The notes under the pieces: generated by a model
Told to the model about the DNA's origin: nothing
Database searches by the model: none
Seen by the model: the letters and a program-made list of their open reading frames with translations, nothing else
From: a virus
Direction: 5' to 3' (one strand)
Virus record (IMG/VR): IMGVR_UViG_3300032240_001872
Span: 1 to 64,000 of that record
DNA length: 64,000 nucleotides
Shown here: in pieces, positions 38,671 to 48,661 of the stretch
Layout of the letters: each line of letters begins with the position of its first letter
How positions within the stretch are numbered: position 1 is the first letter of the stretch
Made by a program: the position numbers and the translations under genes

Positions 38671-39297
38671 ATGATGAGTGAGAATTGGATTCCTGTTGAG
38701 CGTGGAGTTTACAGTCTTTATAAGAGCATAGACAATAAGTTCCTTTGTCAGGCATACGAAAATACGGAAAAGTACGGAATGATGCTTATGAGAAGTTGTT
38801 TTATTCGCGACTTAAATCTAATCGACGTGTGTTCTCCAATCGCTCAGTATCCTTGGTGCGCAGAGTTTGCAGATGAGACTAGGGACGGATATAAAATATT
38901 CTTGCACTTTGACGGAATTCTATGTCAGGAGATACTAGATCGTGGAGAAAAATTAGAGGACTATTGTCCAGATTGGAAACAGCAACTAGAACAGATGTGT
39001 GCAGACTTACACAAAGAAGGTATCTGTAAGTTGTCAATGTATACAAAATGTTTCTTTATTGATAGTAACAAACAACTCAAGGCATTTGGACATTTTTCAA
39101 CTTCTAGGTATCTAGAACAACCAATGCATATGGAAATGTATATGCCTCTGTTTAACGATGAACGTAGTGCAATGGTAAAACAACTAATGGTAGGAAGCAC
39201 ATTAGATATGAGATTGCTAAGAGAAAAAGCCTTTAATGAGTATATTAAATGGCCCGACGATGTACTTCCAGAAATTTATAAGAAAGTATTTCTATGA
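38671..39297 (+). CDS. Degenerate kinase-like protein, paralog of 37154-37831
   Basis: CPDWKQQL vs LPGWQDQM; CKLSMYTKCFF vs HKYSMHPSSYF; LKAFGHF vs LKSINYF; WPDD vs YPAD. Confidence 0.5.
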   Translation: MMSENWIPVERGVYSLYKSIDNKFLCQAYENTEKYGMMLMRSCFIRDLNLIDVCSPIAQYPWCAEFADETRDGYKIFLHFDGILCQEILDRGEKLEDYCPDWKQQLEQMCADLHKEGICKLSMYTKCFFIDSNKQLKAFGHFSTSRYLEQPMHMEMYMPLFNDERSAMVKQLMVGSTLDMRLLREKAFNEYIKWPDDVLPEIYKKVFL

Positions 39298-40356
39298 TTT
39301 TTGTACATTCTTATACATAGAGAACTGTACGTCTTGTTTTCCACACACTCCAGAACACACCAATAATCTTCCAGTATCGAACTTCTTCTGCCACGACTCT
39401 ACAAGAGCCTGATAGAAAGATCCATTTAGTATATCATTCCAATCGGTGTTGTTTAGATTAATTTTATCGGCGCCGTGAGTAGTCCATAGATCATGGTATC
39501 CGTCAACGTCATCTACTTTTAATGTAAATTTTGCACCAGCAAGATAGCAACACGGAAGCAAGTGACCTTCTGCATCTATATACGCTTCAAAGGTTTCTTG
39601 TGCTTGACATTTAATACACGTCTTCTCTGCAGACGCTAACCATTCTATTTGCGTAGTTGGAACTGGTTTATCTCTTCGAAGTAACGGAGATATCTTATCT
39701 TCAGTTTTTGGAGGGCGCAGTGGTAGACCGTTACCACCTAGTGTTTCTGGTCTACCAAACATTTCTTCAACTAAGAATCTATTATTGTAAATTGTATAAA
39801 AATTTTTAAATCCTAGTTCAATTGACAGTTGTTTTGCTTGTTCAATTTGAGATTCGTTATGTTCAAATACTATAAACTGCCACCAGGCTCGGCCGCCCGT
39901 ATTAATAAACGATTCGACATTGTTTATAAGTTTATTCCAACGAACATTGACTCGGTATATGTAATTTGTATCTTCTAACCCGTCTATTCCAAATATTATA
40001 ACATCATTGGGAAGTAGAGTTTTTCCTAATTCAGCCCACCATTCGGGATTTTTCATCCCACCATTTGTTGCAATGACCAATTCTATATGTGGGTAATTCG
40101 TTTTGATATATTTGCATACTTCTATAAAATTAGGAGCGGTACAGGGATCACCGACTGTTCCGCAAAAATTAATCTTTTGTAAATTTTCGTAGACTTTTTT
40201 AGGAATATTATTCTGATAAAACTCTATAGGCAAATATGTTTGATTAATCCGGCTATAATCACCATTCCACCACTCTCGCAAACATTGCGGACACGCGGCA
40301 TTACACATACTACTATGTTCTATTTGAATTACTTTAACAGAATTATAAAAAGACAT
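39292..40356 (-). CDS. Radical SAM enzyme with SPASM/Twitch-type C-terminus (class B)
   Basis: CNAACPQC, GTVGDP, ATNGG, FGIDG, C...YIDAEGHLLPCC...CSGVCG. Confidence 0.9.
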   Translation of the reverse strand: MSFYNSVKVIQIEHSSMCNAACPQCLREWWNGDYSRINQTYLPIEFYQNNIPKKVYENLQKINFCGTVGDPCTAPNFIEVCKYIKTNYPHIELVIATNGGMKNPEWWAELGKTLLPNDVIIFGIDGLEDTNYIYRVNVRWNKLINNVESFINTGGRAWWQFIVFEHNESQIEQAKQLSIELGFKNFYTIYNNRFLVEEMFGRPETLGGNGLPLRPPKTEDKISPLLRRDKPVPTTQIEWLASAEKTCIKCQAQETFEAYIDAEGHLLPCCYLAGAKFTLKVDDVDGYHDLWTTHGADKINLNNTDWNDILNGSFYQALVESWQKKFDTGRLLVCSGVCGKQDVQFSMYKNVQKS

Positions 40357-41414
40357 TAGGGAAGTTTAAAATCTTTTATGCCAAGCAAATTAACGATTTC
40401 TGTAATTTCGTTTTTATATTGTTCTGCATAGTGTGGTTGTATATAAGGTTGCCACGCCGACTCTTGTAGATATGTATAGTCGTATTGGATTCTATATGCA
40501 AGCCTATTAGGGTTTGAACCTCCCAATCTTCGATGCATCACAATACTATTATCAAACAACAATAAGTCTTGTTGATTTTCAGTATACCAATGATCGTATG
40601 TATATTGTTCTTGGCATAATTCTTCCCATAGCCATTTAATAAATTTATTACTCTCTACATCAGTCATGCCTTTTATCCTGCCAACTTTTTCTAATGACAG
40701 GTGTATTCCCATATGGCCCGCAGGACTTCTAATTACTAACGGAACCTCAGTATCTTCAGTGCCGCATCCGCTATTATGGTAATACAGTATAGAAAGATCC
40801 CTAGTACCGCCAGGATTTAATGTTTCCATATCAAAGGTATGTAACAGTACCATTTCGTTTAATTCGCTACGAAAACTTTCAGTTTGTTTTTCATACCAAT
40901 CAGTTGTGGTGAGCCACCCAGTGGCTGAATCAACCATGTTTTCACCAGACAATAATGCAACAGCAGGAGAAAAATGCAGGCGGCCACCTTCATTGCTGTG
41001 CCATCCTAATTGGCCCGAGCCAAATAATCCAAGAGATGCTCCGTCTTCGGCAAATCGACCAGTTACCCTTACAACTTGCCCGTCATGTATTGTCCGGAGA
41101 GCTTTCCGTAAGTACGTTTTATGTGCTTCACTTAATAGATCGCTATCTTTCCTTAATTGTTCAGAAACCCATTCCATTCCTTGAGGGTATGCTTTTGTTA
41201 ATTCAGCAGAGACTGAAAATCTAGGCTCCCCCCACTTGGCCATCCATTTTTGATATTTGTCTAAGGGCATATTAGTATTGCGTATGACAGTAACAAGATT
41301 ATCTAAATGTAATTTGCCAATTTCCATCCATTCATCTTGTGTGAGGTTTTCAAAGTCTACGTCGTCAATATAAATTCCAAATCTACCGCATCCCGGCATT
41401 TTACTTACTTTCAT
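40356..41414 (-). CDS. TauD/TfdA-family dioxygenase-like protein
   Basis: GWHSNE, T, PLV, DLLLFDNSIVMHRR, RLAYR. Confidence 0.8.
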   Translation of the reverse strand: MKVSKMPGCGRFGIYIDDVDFENLTQDEWMEIGKLHLDNLVTVIRNTNMPLDKYQKWMAKWGEPRFSVSAELTKAYPQGMEWVSEQLRKDSDLLSEAHKTYLRKALRTIHDGQVVRVTGRFAEDGASLGLFGSGQLGWHSNEGGRLHFSPAVALLSGENMVDSATGWLTTTDWYEKQTESFRSELNEMVLLHTFDMETLNPGGTRDLSILYYHNSGCGTEDTEVPLVIRSPAGHMGIHLSLEKVGRIKGMTDVESNKFIKWLWEELCQEQYTYDHWYTENQQDLLLFDNSIVMHRRLGGSNPNRLAYRIQYDYTYLQESAWQPYIQPHYAEQYKNEITEIVNLLGIKDFKLP

Positions 41415-42042
41415 TATTTCCTCCGTATATTAATGCAACTTGAAAATAGTCAGGGTTACCATCAAATTGCATATTATAGTTATTATCCTTAATTTGTTCT
41501 TTCAATTCTTCTATAGAAAATGCCGCAAGCAGAGAATTGTAAAAATCTCGTTTAAATATTTCCGGATCTTGTCCGTTTATCATTTCTACGATAGCATCTG
41601 CAACTTCTATACTTTGTGGCCTAATAATATCCATAACTAGAATTTTATCTGATATTGATTTTATTGCATCCCATAAGACCGCTGGATCATGTAAATGGTG
41701 TAGAGTGTTGATTGATATTGCACAATCAGCAGTATCTTCTATATCAGCAAACTGTTTGCATATAACTGTGATGTTATATCCCTGTATATTCTTTTCTGCT
41801 TGCTTGATCATGTTAGGACTACCGTCATAGCCTACTATAACTAATTTTGGATATTTTTTAGCCAATGCAACTAGATAATCAGCAGTTCCGCACCCAAGGT
41901 CGACAATTTTTCCTTCAGTTATATTGATATTTTTTTCGTAATAATTTAAGAATCCCTCAATTCCAAATTCTTTATTTCCTGCGTTGTATGCCGCAACTTG
42001 ATCAACGTCATCCATTAACTCGGGTTCTATAATACGTTGCAT
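41401..42042 (-). CDS. Class I SAM-dependent methyltransferase
   Basis: RIIEPELMD, VDLGCGTAD, GYDGSPNM, LHHLHDP, DIIRP. Confidence 0.9.
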   Translation of the reverse strand: MQRIIEPELMDDVDQVAAYNAGNKEFGIEGFLNYYEKNINITEGKIVDLGCGTADYLVALAKKYPKLVIVGYDGSPNMIKQAEKNIQGYNITVICKQFADIEDTADCAISINTLHHLHDPAVLWDAIKSISDKILVMDIIRPQSIEVADAIVEMINGQDPEIFKRDFYNSLLAAFSIEELKEQIKDNNYNMQFDGNPDYFQVALIYGGNNESK

Positions 42043-42635
42043 ATATTAGCACCTATCATAATTCGATCCTGGATTGCATTGTTAGGCAATGTTTTGTGAT
42101 TTAGGTATCCCGGAAACAATATTAAGTCACCTGTTTTAACAGGAACATGGTATTCCCAAAATTCTGGATGATTCCTAACCAAGTCCATATCATATGGTTG
42201 ATGTTTCATCAGGGCCATCATAGGATGTTCAAATACTAAATTACCACCATTATCCGGCTGTTGTAGATAAAAACTTGCAATCATTTGTACAGGACTGTGA
42301 GCATGCACATCTATGAATGATCCAGTTTTATATACATTCGTCCACATTTCAAAAACACTAGGCTGTTGTAATGGAGAATATCCTAAATCTTTCCAATATA
42401 TGTGAGAATGTTCTTCGATAAATTTTACTAGGGATTTAAATTTAGTTTGAGTATGCAGGTCTCTAGATGTGTTATATGAACACAAACCGTCTCCCCTCAT
42501 AAATTCTTGATTGTTCTCTTTGGCAGAACTATAAGATTTTTCAAGTAGTACATTTACTGTGTCTAACATTGACTGGCAATCAAAACCGCTAGATACATGA
42601 TATATTTTAGTTGGAAATATGTTGATCGTACTCAT
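42027..42635 (-). CDS. Putative Fe/2OG oxygenase (TIGR02466-like)
   Basis: IFPT, MWTN...HAH...GDLILFPGYLNHKT...RIMIGAN. Confidence 0.8.
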   Translation of the reverse strand: MSTINIFPTKIYHVSSGFDCQSMLDTVNVLLEKSYSSAKENNQEFMRGDGLCSYNTSRDLHTQTKFKSLVKFIEEHSHIYWKDLGYSPLQQPSVFEMWTNVYKTGSFIDVHAHSPVQMIASFYLQQPDNGGNLVFEHPMMALMKHQPYDMDLVRNHPEFWEYHVPVKTGDLILFPGYLNHKTLPNNAIQDRIMIGANICNVL

Positions 42636-44110
42636 TTTTCTAATTTTTTCTTTTTATATTCTTTTTCAGGCTCTCTAGTGCTCATCGGTTGCTGTGTGAA
42701 ATCGATCTTCATTATCTCTTCCATGCTTAGACCGTAAAACGCATGATCACTAAACGCATACATTGAAATACCCATTTGTATTTTTTTATCAATAACTTTT
42801 CGATAGAAGTCATTACTTATTCTACAAGCGTCAGCGAAACTCATATTATCGTTAGCCCAATTCATATTTGATATACCGTGTTTGATACGAGTAATTGATC
42901 CCATTGCTTCCCATTCGGGTGGAGGAGGTGGCGGTTCTTCTGTGCCTTCTCTGTATCCGTATTTTTCAAAGTCTTTAGATATAAGGCTCAACACATCTTG
43001 CTTTGGGTCTAACGGAATTTCTAATGGCCAGACGTGTATTGATTCACCTTGCCAGTTGTCTTCAATCCATTGTAATGTCTTTGTTTGACTATCGATCGTT
43101 TCGTGTGGTAATCCAACAACAATGCCCATTGAGGATCTATAGTGTCCCCTAGCTTTAAAATATTCTCTGGCTTCTATTAGGCCTGCTTGTAACTTCTCAG
43201 GGTTCATGCCTTTACCAATGGCTTTGGCAGTAGCGGCATTCATTGTTTCTACACCATAGAAGTGTCCAAAGAACCCCAGTCTAGCCATTGGATCCCAGTC
43301 TTGCTTCCTTGCTACCATTAGGTCAGCACGGATGAATCCAGAGAAGTATGTATCAAATGATAACTGGTCAGCAATATCTGCAAACTTCTGTATCTTTTCT
43401 GTACGATCATTAAATGTTTCGTCAGCAACATAATAATTACTTACTCCCCATCGATCATAATTATCCCGCATTTCTATTCCAAAGTCCTCAGCATCTCGAC
43501 TATAGTCTCCTTTAACTCCAAGTACTGGAAAATTACAATAGTCACATTGAAATTTACAACCTCTAGAAAATTCCACAGTTAACCATTCCCAGGGCTGTAT
43601 GTAATCGCGGTCTTCATATATTACCTTAAGACTCTTCATAGGAAAACTAGGATATGATGTGTTGGCACTAATAACACGCTTTGCTCCAAAAAACAAAGGA
43701 TCAAAAGCTATTTTAACTCCCGGGGTCCCTATCATATACTTTACTAATTCTAAGATAGCCATTTCACCGTACCCGTGAATGTAGTAATCAACACCCTTTG
43801 CTTCAATACGTGGCCGACTTTGCCCGCCAATTACTATCTTAACATGGGGAAACGTTAATGTGATCCAATCTATAAATTGATCCATTTCCGGAGTCCAGTA
43901 TGCAAAGAAACTGCTGAAGCCTATAAAAATTGAGTTAGAGGTTATTCTTCGATGGCAAATTTCTTTTAGTTCTTCAAATTTCCAACTTGCGGCATATTCA
44001 ATTACTTCGGCATCCCATCCTTGCTCACGCAAAAAGGATGCAATACGATAAGGGCCAGACGGACGTCTTACTCCTAACCAATGAACGTTAAAAAACAAGG
44101 CATGGTGCAT
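42632..44110 (-). CDS. B12-binding-domain radical SAM enzyme (third paralog)
   Basis: GPYRIASFLR, GFSS, IVIGG, EFSRGCKFQCDYC, DETFND, GVET, VGLPHET. Confidence 0.88.
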   Translation of the reverse strand: MHHALFFNVHWLGVRRPSGPYRIASFLREQGWDAEVIEYAASWKFEELKEICHRRITSNSIFIGFSSFFAYWTPEMDQFIDWITLTFPHVKIVIGGQSRPRIEAKGVDYYIHGYGEMAILELVKYMIGTPGVKIAFDPLFFGAKRVISANTSYPSFPMKSLKVIYEDRDYIQPWEWLTVEFSRGCKFQCDYCNFPVLGVKGDYSRDAEDFGIEMRDNYDRWGVSNYYVADETFNDRTEKIQKFADIADQLSFDTYFSGFIRADLMVARKQDWDPMARLGFFGHFYGVETMNAATAKAIGKGMNPEKLQAGLIEAREYFKARGHYRSSMGIVVGLPHETIDSQTKTLQWIEDNWQGESIHVWPLEIPLDPKQDVLSLISKDFEKYGYREGTEEPPPPPPEWEAMGSITRIKHGISNMNWANDNMSFADACRISNDFYRKVIDKKIQMGISMYAFSDHAFYGLSMEEIMKIDFTQQPMSTREPEKEYKKKKLEK

Positions 44111-44111
44111 A

Positions 44112-44723
44112 TTACATCCTGTTAAGTAACGATAGACTGTATATGAAACAATTAGATTTAATTGAATTAATCATAAATTCAACAGCATTTGTAACATCAT
44201 CAACGTCTATTAATACTCCCCTCTTTTTAAAATCTTTATAATGTTCAAGTAAATTTTCTGGATCAATCCCATAGGGATTTTCAAAACCGGTTTCAACGAT
44301 ACCCAATAATAAACTCATGGCTTTACATTTACTGTCTCGTTGATCACAAATATCAAATGTTTTTTGATTTAATCTGTGTTTTTCTTCCGCATAAGGAACT
44401 AGATGTGGCAATTTATTTGCAACGTCAAACATAGGATCTGACGCAAGAGTACTAACATTAATGATAAAATGCTCTTGACCGTTATGTATATTTTTCCAAA
44501 GTTCTGCAATCTTAGTCTGCTGGTCAAAATGATATGCATTGTTAATAAAGACATCGCAGTCACGAGTTTCGTCTAGAATACGTAGTATGTCTGTATCTTT
44601 TGAAATGTCATAACCGTTGGTTCTACTAAAGCCAACAACATCATAGGTTTCTGATAGTCGACTGAGCAAACTTTTACCAATTCCTTTAGTATGCCCAGTT
44701 ATGGCAATCTTTTTAATGTTCAT
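44112..44723 (-). CDS. Short-chain dehydrogenase/reductase
   Basis: ITGHTKGIG, FINNAY, INVST, YAEEK (YxxxK). Start placed at the second Met (44723), 5 nt after TAAATA. Confidence 0.85.
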   Translation of the reverse strand: MNIKKIAITGHTKGIGKSLLSRLSETYDVVGFSRTNGYDISKDTDILRILDETRDCDVFINNAYHFDQQTKIAELWKNIHNGQEHFIINVSTLASDPMFDVANKLPHLVPYAEEKHRLNQKTFDICDQRDSKCKAMSLLLGIVETGFENPYGIDPENLLEHYKDFKKRGVLIDVDDVTNAVEFMINSIKSNCFIYSLSLLNRM

Positions 44724-44728
44724 ATTCA

Positions 44729-44757
44729 TATTTACTTTATAAACTACTCAGTAAATA
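44729..44757. promoter_or_regulatory. Back-to-back TAAATA boxes
   Basis: Minus TAAATA-TGAAT-ATG (44723). Plus TAAATA-CAGTC-ATG (44763). Confidence 0.6.
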
Positions 44758-44762
44758 CAGTC

Positions 44763-45419
44763 ATGAGCGCATTAGAATACAAAGACTATCCCTTATTGCC
44801 AGATTGGTTAGAAGATCATCTTTATAATATACTTGAAGATCAACACTCTAGTGCGATTACCTATGACGACGATTTCAAAGAACGTATGCTTAAAGAAGCA
44901 GAAATGCTGATGGGTGGAGCAGATCAAGCAACACTAGATGCTATTGCATTTTTAGACTATAATGAAGAAGATACTTTAGGCGGTCCATTTACTGATCCTA
45001 GCGCATATGAATTTTTTACTGAGAGACTGGCAAGATTTGATTTTATTCCAGTAGACCAGATCGTGATAGATTGGGTCACTGCAAATATACCAGAAAAGGT
45101 CATAGGTGTTAATTTACAAGTTATGCATAGCGGAGAAATAATTACTCCGCATATTGACGAACTGCGGCATTATGCATTGAACTATACATTAGAGCGCGGT
45201 GGCCATGTACGTACATGTTTTTATGAAGTTTTACCAGAATGGTCACATCAAAAAGCATACGCTAGAACATTAATACCATTTGGTAAACTTAAAGAGACAC
45301 TATCGGAAGAGATTCCAGAAAGGCGTTGGCATAAACTAGATATACAGGTCATCCACGGTGTCTTAGATTTAGATCCAACTAAAAAGAGAATTGCATTAAG
45401 CGTAAGCATAAGCAGATGA
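44763..45419 (+). CDS. Fe/2OG-oxygenase-like protein
   Basis: PHIDELR.YALNY...WH...IHGV...RIALS. Likely ATG at 44763. Confidence 0.6.
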   Translation: MSALEYKDYPLLPDWLEDHLYNILEDQHSSAITYDDDFKERMLKEAEMLMGGADQATLDAIAFLDYNEEDTLGGPFTDPSAYEFFTERLARFDFIPVDQIVIDWVTANIPEKVIGVNLQVMHSGEIITPHIDELRHYALNYTLERGGHVRTCFYEVLPEWSHQKAYARTLIPFGKLKETLSEEIPERRWHKLDIQVIHGVLDLDPTKKRIALSVSISR

Positions 45420-46609
45420 ATACAAACATAATATTTCCCTACGCAACTAATGATAACCAACCTACACGTAGCATAGAACAGTATACCGACTATGGCTTCA
45501 TTGAAAACGGTGCAGAGTACTTGGATTTAAGTTTAGGTGCTTGCGGTTGCTTTCCGTTAGGGTTTAAACGCAACGATATTATTGAAGCTGTTACTAAGCG
45601 CATGATCAACAATCCGTTCTGTGGCGGGGAGTTTTATACTACCAATCCTGCTGTAATTGAATTGACAGATAAGATAGCTAATCTAAGCGGTGGATATAAA
45701 ACTGCATTTGCCCTAAGCGGCAGTGATGCCGTAGAAGGTGCATTACGATTAGCACAGATGTACAATAAGCGTAACAAATTCTTAGGGTTCACAAAAAGTT
45801 ATCACGGCAGTACGTTCCTAAGTTCGAGCGTAAGTGATGCAACATACATGACCAACACATTTGGTAAAGATGTTCGCTGTGTTATTAGCAACTATACACT
45901 AGACAATATCACAGATGACTTGTGTGCTGTTGTGATAGAAACTGCCAGTTGGCAAAATGGATTATATGATCCAGGACAAGATTTTTGGAAAGGTCTACGA
46001 AAGATATGTACCGATAAAGACATAGTCCTTATTGTCGATGACATCGCAATGTGCGGTGGGAAGACTGGTACATTCTTTGGGTGGCAGGGTAGGATACAAC
46101 CTGATATTTTTACAATGGGCAAGGCCTTAACTGGCGGTTACTTTCCACTGAGTGCTGTATGTGCTGATACAAAGATATTTGATCGTGTTAAGCATGATGT
46201 CTTTATACACGGCTTCAGCTATAGTTTTAGCCTAAGCGGAATCTATTCTGCATTAGAATATATGAATGTGTTAGAAAAAGAGCAACTGTTAGTTAATCAA
46301 CCCAAAATAGAACTCTGGGGACAACAGATGTGTAAGAGGTTTAAAGACAGCGGCCTGATTAAAGATTACAGTAATTATGGACTGTTGTTTAACCTAGTAC
46401 TGCCTAATGAAAAGCCTATGGACAGCACGTTTGAACGCTTTCTATATCAGTACGGAATAAATGCAGGAATGTGGAATGAGGGAGGCACTGGTGTGCTGTT
46501 TGTAGTTCCGCTTAATGCTCCCGCTATGTGGTTTGAAGAACTAGAATATAGATTGAATACTGCTCTATTTGATTATAGAGCGATTGTCGCCTTCCCTAGA
46601 CAAATCTAA
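45416..46609 (+). CDS. Class III PLP-dependent aminotransferase
   Basis: YLDLSLG, SGSDAVEGAL, SYHGST, LIVDDIAMCGGKTG, PDIFTMGKALTGGYFPLS, HGFSY. Confidence 0.92.
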   Translation: MNTNIIFPYATNDNQPTRSIEQYTDYGFIENGAEYLDLSLGACGCFPLGFKRNDIIEAVTKRMINNPFCGGEFYTTNPAVIELTDKIANLSGGYKTAFALSGSDAVEGALRLAQMYNKRNKFLGFTKSYHGSTFLSSSVSDATYMTNTFGKDVRCVISNYTLDNITDDLCAVVIETASWQNGLYDPGQDFWKGLRKICTDKDIVLIVDDIAMCGGKTGTFFGWQGRIQPDIFTMGKALTGGYFPLSAVCADTKIFDRVKHDVFIHGFSYSFSLSGIYSALEYMNVLEKEQLLVNQPKIELWGQQMCKRFKDSGLIKDYSNYGLLFNLVLPNEKPMDSTFERFLYQYGINAGMWNEGGTGVLFVVPLNAPAMWFEELEYRLNTALFDYRAIVAFPRQI

Positions 46610-47638
46610 TGTCATACAATGTACACCGCTTTCCCAGAATAGCCCGTGTCGCTGTTTGACTACATGCGGAGTAATTCCCCAACCTTCTAGCATTTTAAAT
46701 AATCTAGGTTGAGTATTAGAAAAGATAACGTTTTGCGGATTAATGACCAGAACGTTACTGTCAAAGAATACATCCTGCGCATATCCCTTCCATTCGTTTA
46801 ACCAAGTATCAATCCATTCTTTGGTAAACTTGCCGCCTGTTTTTGTATAGCTGGCAATAAACTTTTCATCATCAAATTTATCAACTAGATTTTCAAACTC
46901 TACAATTTCTTTGTTGCGCAATGGTTCAGGTACCCATGACTTGTTAGCACAGAATACTAGATCATCGTTAGTCATAAACCAGCCATGATCAATGTGTCCC
47001 CAACTCTTTTGAAAGTTGCGTCCTGCGCTGACAATAGTGCTGGAAGGTAAATTACGGCTCATCCATTCAAGGCCTGACTCTGTACCGGGACCTTCTGTGT
47101 TGGTAATCAACTTATCTCCACATTTAAACATAGTAGCAGTATGCCAAAGTATACGATTGCCTAATGTATGATGATATATTTCCTTGCCGTCTGCCCACCA
47201 TTTGTCTTTTTGCAATGCTTTTAGTACAGGTGGCGGTTGGCTAATCCAATTATACCCTTCATCAAACTTTTGTTTGAATATGTGATTGTAATTAATACTA
47301 TCTAAGTATCTATCCGGCATGCTGGTATATGTTTGGTAGATTGTTTTTCCATATGCAAGATATTGATCGCGTGGAACCACCGGAGCAGTTGGATTTAGTA
47401 TCTTAAAGTATCCTAGATCAACATATGATTTATATTCAGGAACTTTTGGTCTATGCACTTTGATTTTAAATGCAGTCAAGTAGTCTGCAAGATTCTGCAG
47501 GTCCTCCTTAGTTTCCTCTAATATCTTATTAAACTGTAGTTCTGCACCTTTGGGTAGTACACTATCTAATGTACCAGGGGCATAGCAGTCACCGACAATA
47601 ACTTCTTGTAAGGGATCCCAATTTGTGTAAATGCTCAT
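46565..47638 (-). CDS. Amidinotransferase (glycine/inosamine-phosphate amidinotransferase family)
   Basis: NWDPLQEVIVG, PRD, GHIDH, C-terminal SGVHCMTLD with the catalytic Cys. Confidence 0.88.
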   Translation of the reverse strand: MSIYTNWDPLQEVIVGDCYAPGTLDSVLPKGAELQFNKILEETKEDLQNLADYLTAFKIKVHRPKVPEYKSYVDLGYFKILNPTAPVVPRDQYLAYGKTIYQTYTSMPDRYLDSINYNHIFKQKFDEGYNWISQPPPVLKALQKDKWWADGKEIYHHTLGNRILWHTATMFKCGDKLITNTEGPGTESGLEWMSRNLPSSTIVSAGRNFQKSWGHIDHGWFMTNDDLVFCANKSWVPEPLRNKEIVEFENLVDKFDDEKFIASYTKTGGKFTKEWIDTWLNEWKGYAQDVFFDSNVLVINPQNVIFSNTQPRLFKMLEGWGITPHVVKQRHGLFWESGVHCMTLDLSREGDNRSIIK

Positions 47639-48057
47639 GTGTTTAATATTTCCTGTAAGTAGTCAGCATCCCAAAAACTATAGTAGGATGTGTTAGCTAA
47701 TTTAGTTCTAGCTGTTTCTAAGGTATCGCGCCACTGACACAGTATTATGTTATACTTGCCGTTGTTAGTTTGTACACCATTTATAAAAGTATCCCTGTCC
47801 TTATGGTCAGGAAGGAATACCATTTCTGGATACATGTTATTGTATTCTGTTGCAATATCTGTAAGTTCATCAATCGAATAATGATCTGGTAATTTGTAAA
47901 TGATAAGATCAAAGTCCCAGGGTGGAGGACTAATATCGGATCCGTTAGTTTCAATAACTTCGTATTGTGTTCCCTTAGCGTAAGGACACACTGGCATATT
48001 ATTAAGTTGCTGTTGAGGTGTTGATATATGATCAACCCATTGTTTTAAATTATCCAT
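47635..48057 (-). CDS. Hypothetical protein (CPYA motif, DUF1415-like)
   Basis: MPVCPYAK...LPDH...YYSFW. Confidence 0.55.
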   Translation of the reverse strand: MDNLKQWVDHISTPQQQLNNMPVCPYAKGTQYEVIETNGSDISPPPWDFDLIIYKLPDHYSIDELTDIATEYNNMYPEMVFLPDHKDRDTFINGVQTNNGKYNIILCQWRDTLETARTKLANTSYYSFWDADYLQEILNT

Positions 48058-48661
48058 TTGATATCGTTAACGATGATATGAAGTTACGACTGTTTGCATG
48101 AGTTAATACATTTGCAATGGATTCTACTACGTCGTTCACTTCTAATATTGTTCCTTTGTTTTCTAAAGTTTGATAAAACTCTGCCATCCCTTGATCAAAT
48201 GGAAACCCGCTAATAAAATCTGTATTAACAATTCCAGGCATAGCTGTAATACATCTAGCTTTTGATTCGCTAAGATTAATAGTATTACCTACATTGTTCA
48301 GCAACATTTTGTTTATTCCGTACTCTACTATTTTTTTATTTTTTATATTCAACTTATGCACTACATTTTCGCTACTGCCTAATGAACTCATATTAAGAAT
48401 ATAATGTTCTTTTTCATAATGAGCATTATGCCATTGTAAAGCAATATAAGCCTGTTGCTCATCGTAATAGGCATTATTAATGAATAAATCACAGTCTATC
48501 GTCTTCTCTATAATTTCTAAGATGTCATCATTGCAACTGATATCGTAACCATTAGATTTACTAAATCCCTGTACTATACACCCCTTACTTACAAAGTAAT
48601 TGTATAAGCCTTTACCTATTCCAGCAGTATGCCCTGTAATAGCAACTGATTTAAATTCCAT
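48050..48661 (-). CDS. Short-chain dehydrogenase/reductase, paralog of 44112-44723
   Basis: ITGHTAGIG, GFSKSNGYDIS, FINNAY, YGINK. Likely ATG at 48661. Confidence 0.85.
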   Translation of the reverse strand: MEFKSVAITGHTAGIGKGLYNYFVSKGCIVQGFSKSNGYDISCNDDILEIIEKTIDCDLFINNAYYDEQQAYIALQWHNAHYEKEHYILNMSSLGSSENVVHKLNIKNKKIVEYGINKMLLNNVGNTINLSESKARCITAMPGIVNTDFISGFPFDQGMAEFYQTLENKGTILEVNDVVESIANVLTHANSRNFISSLTISNG

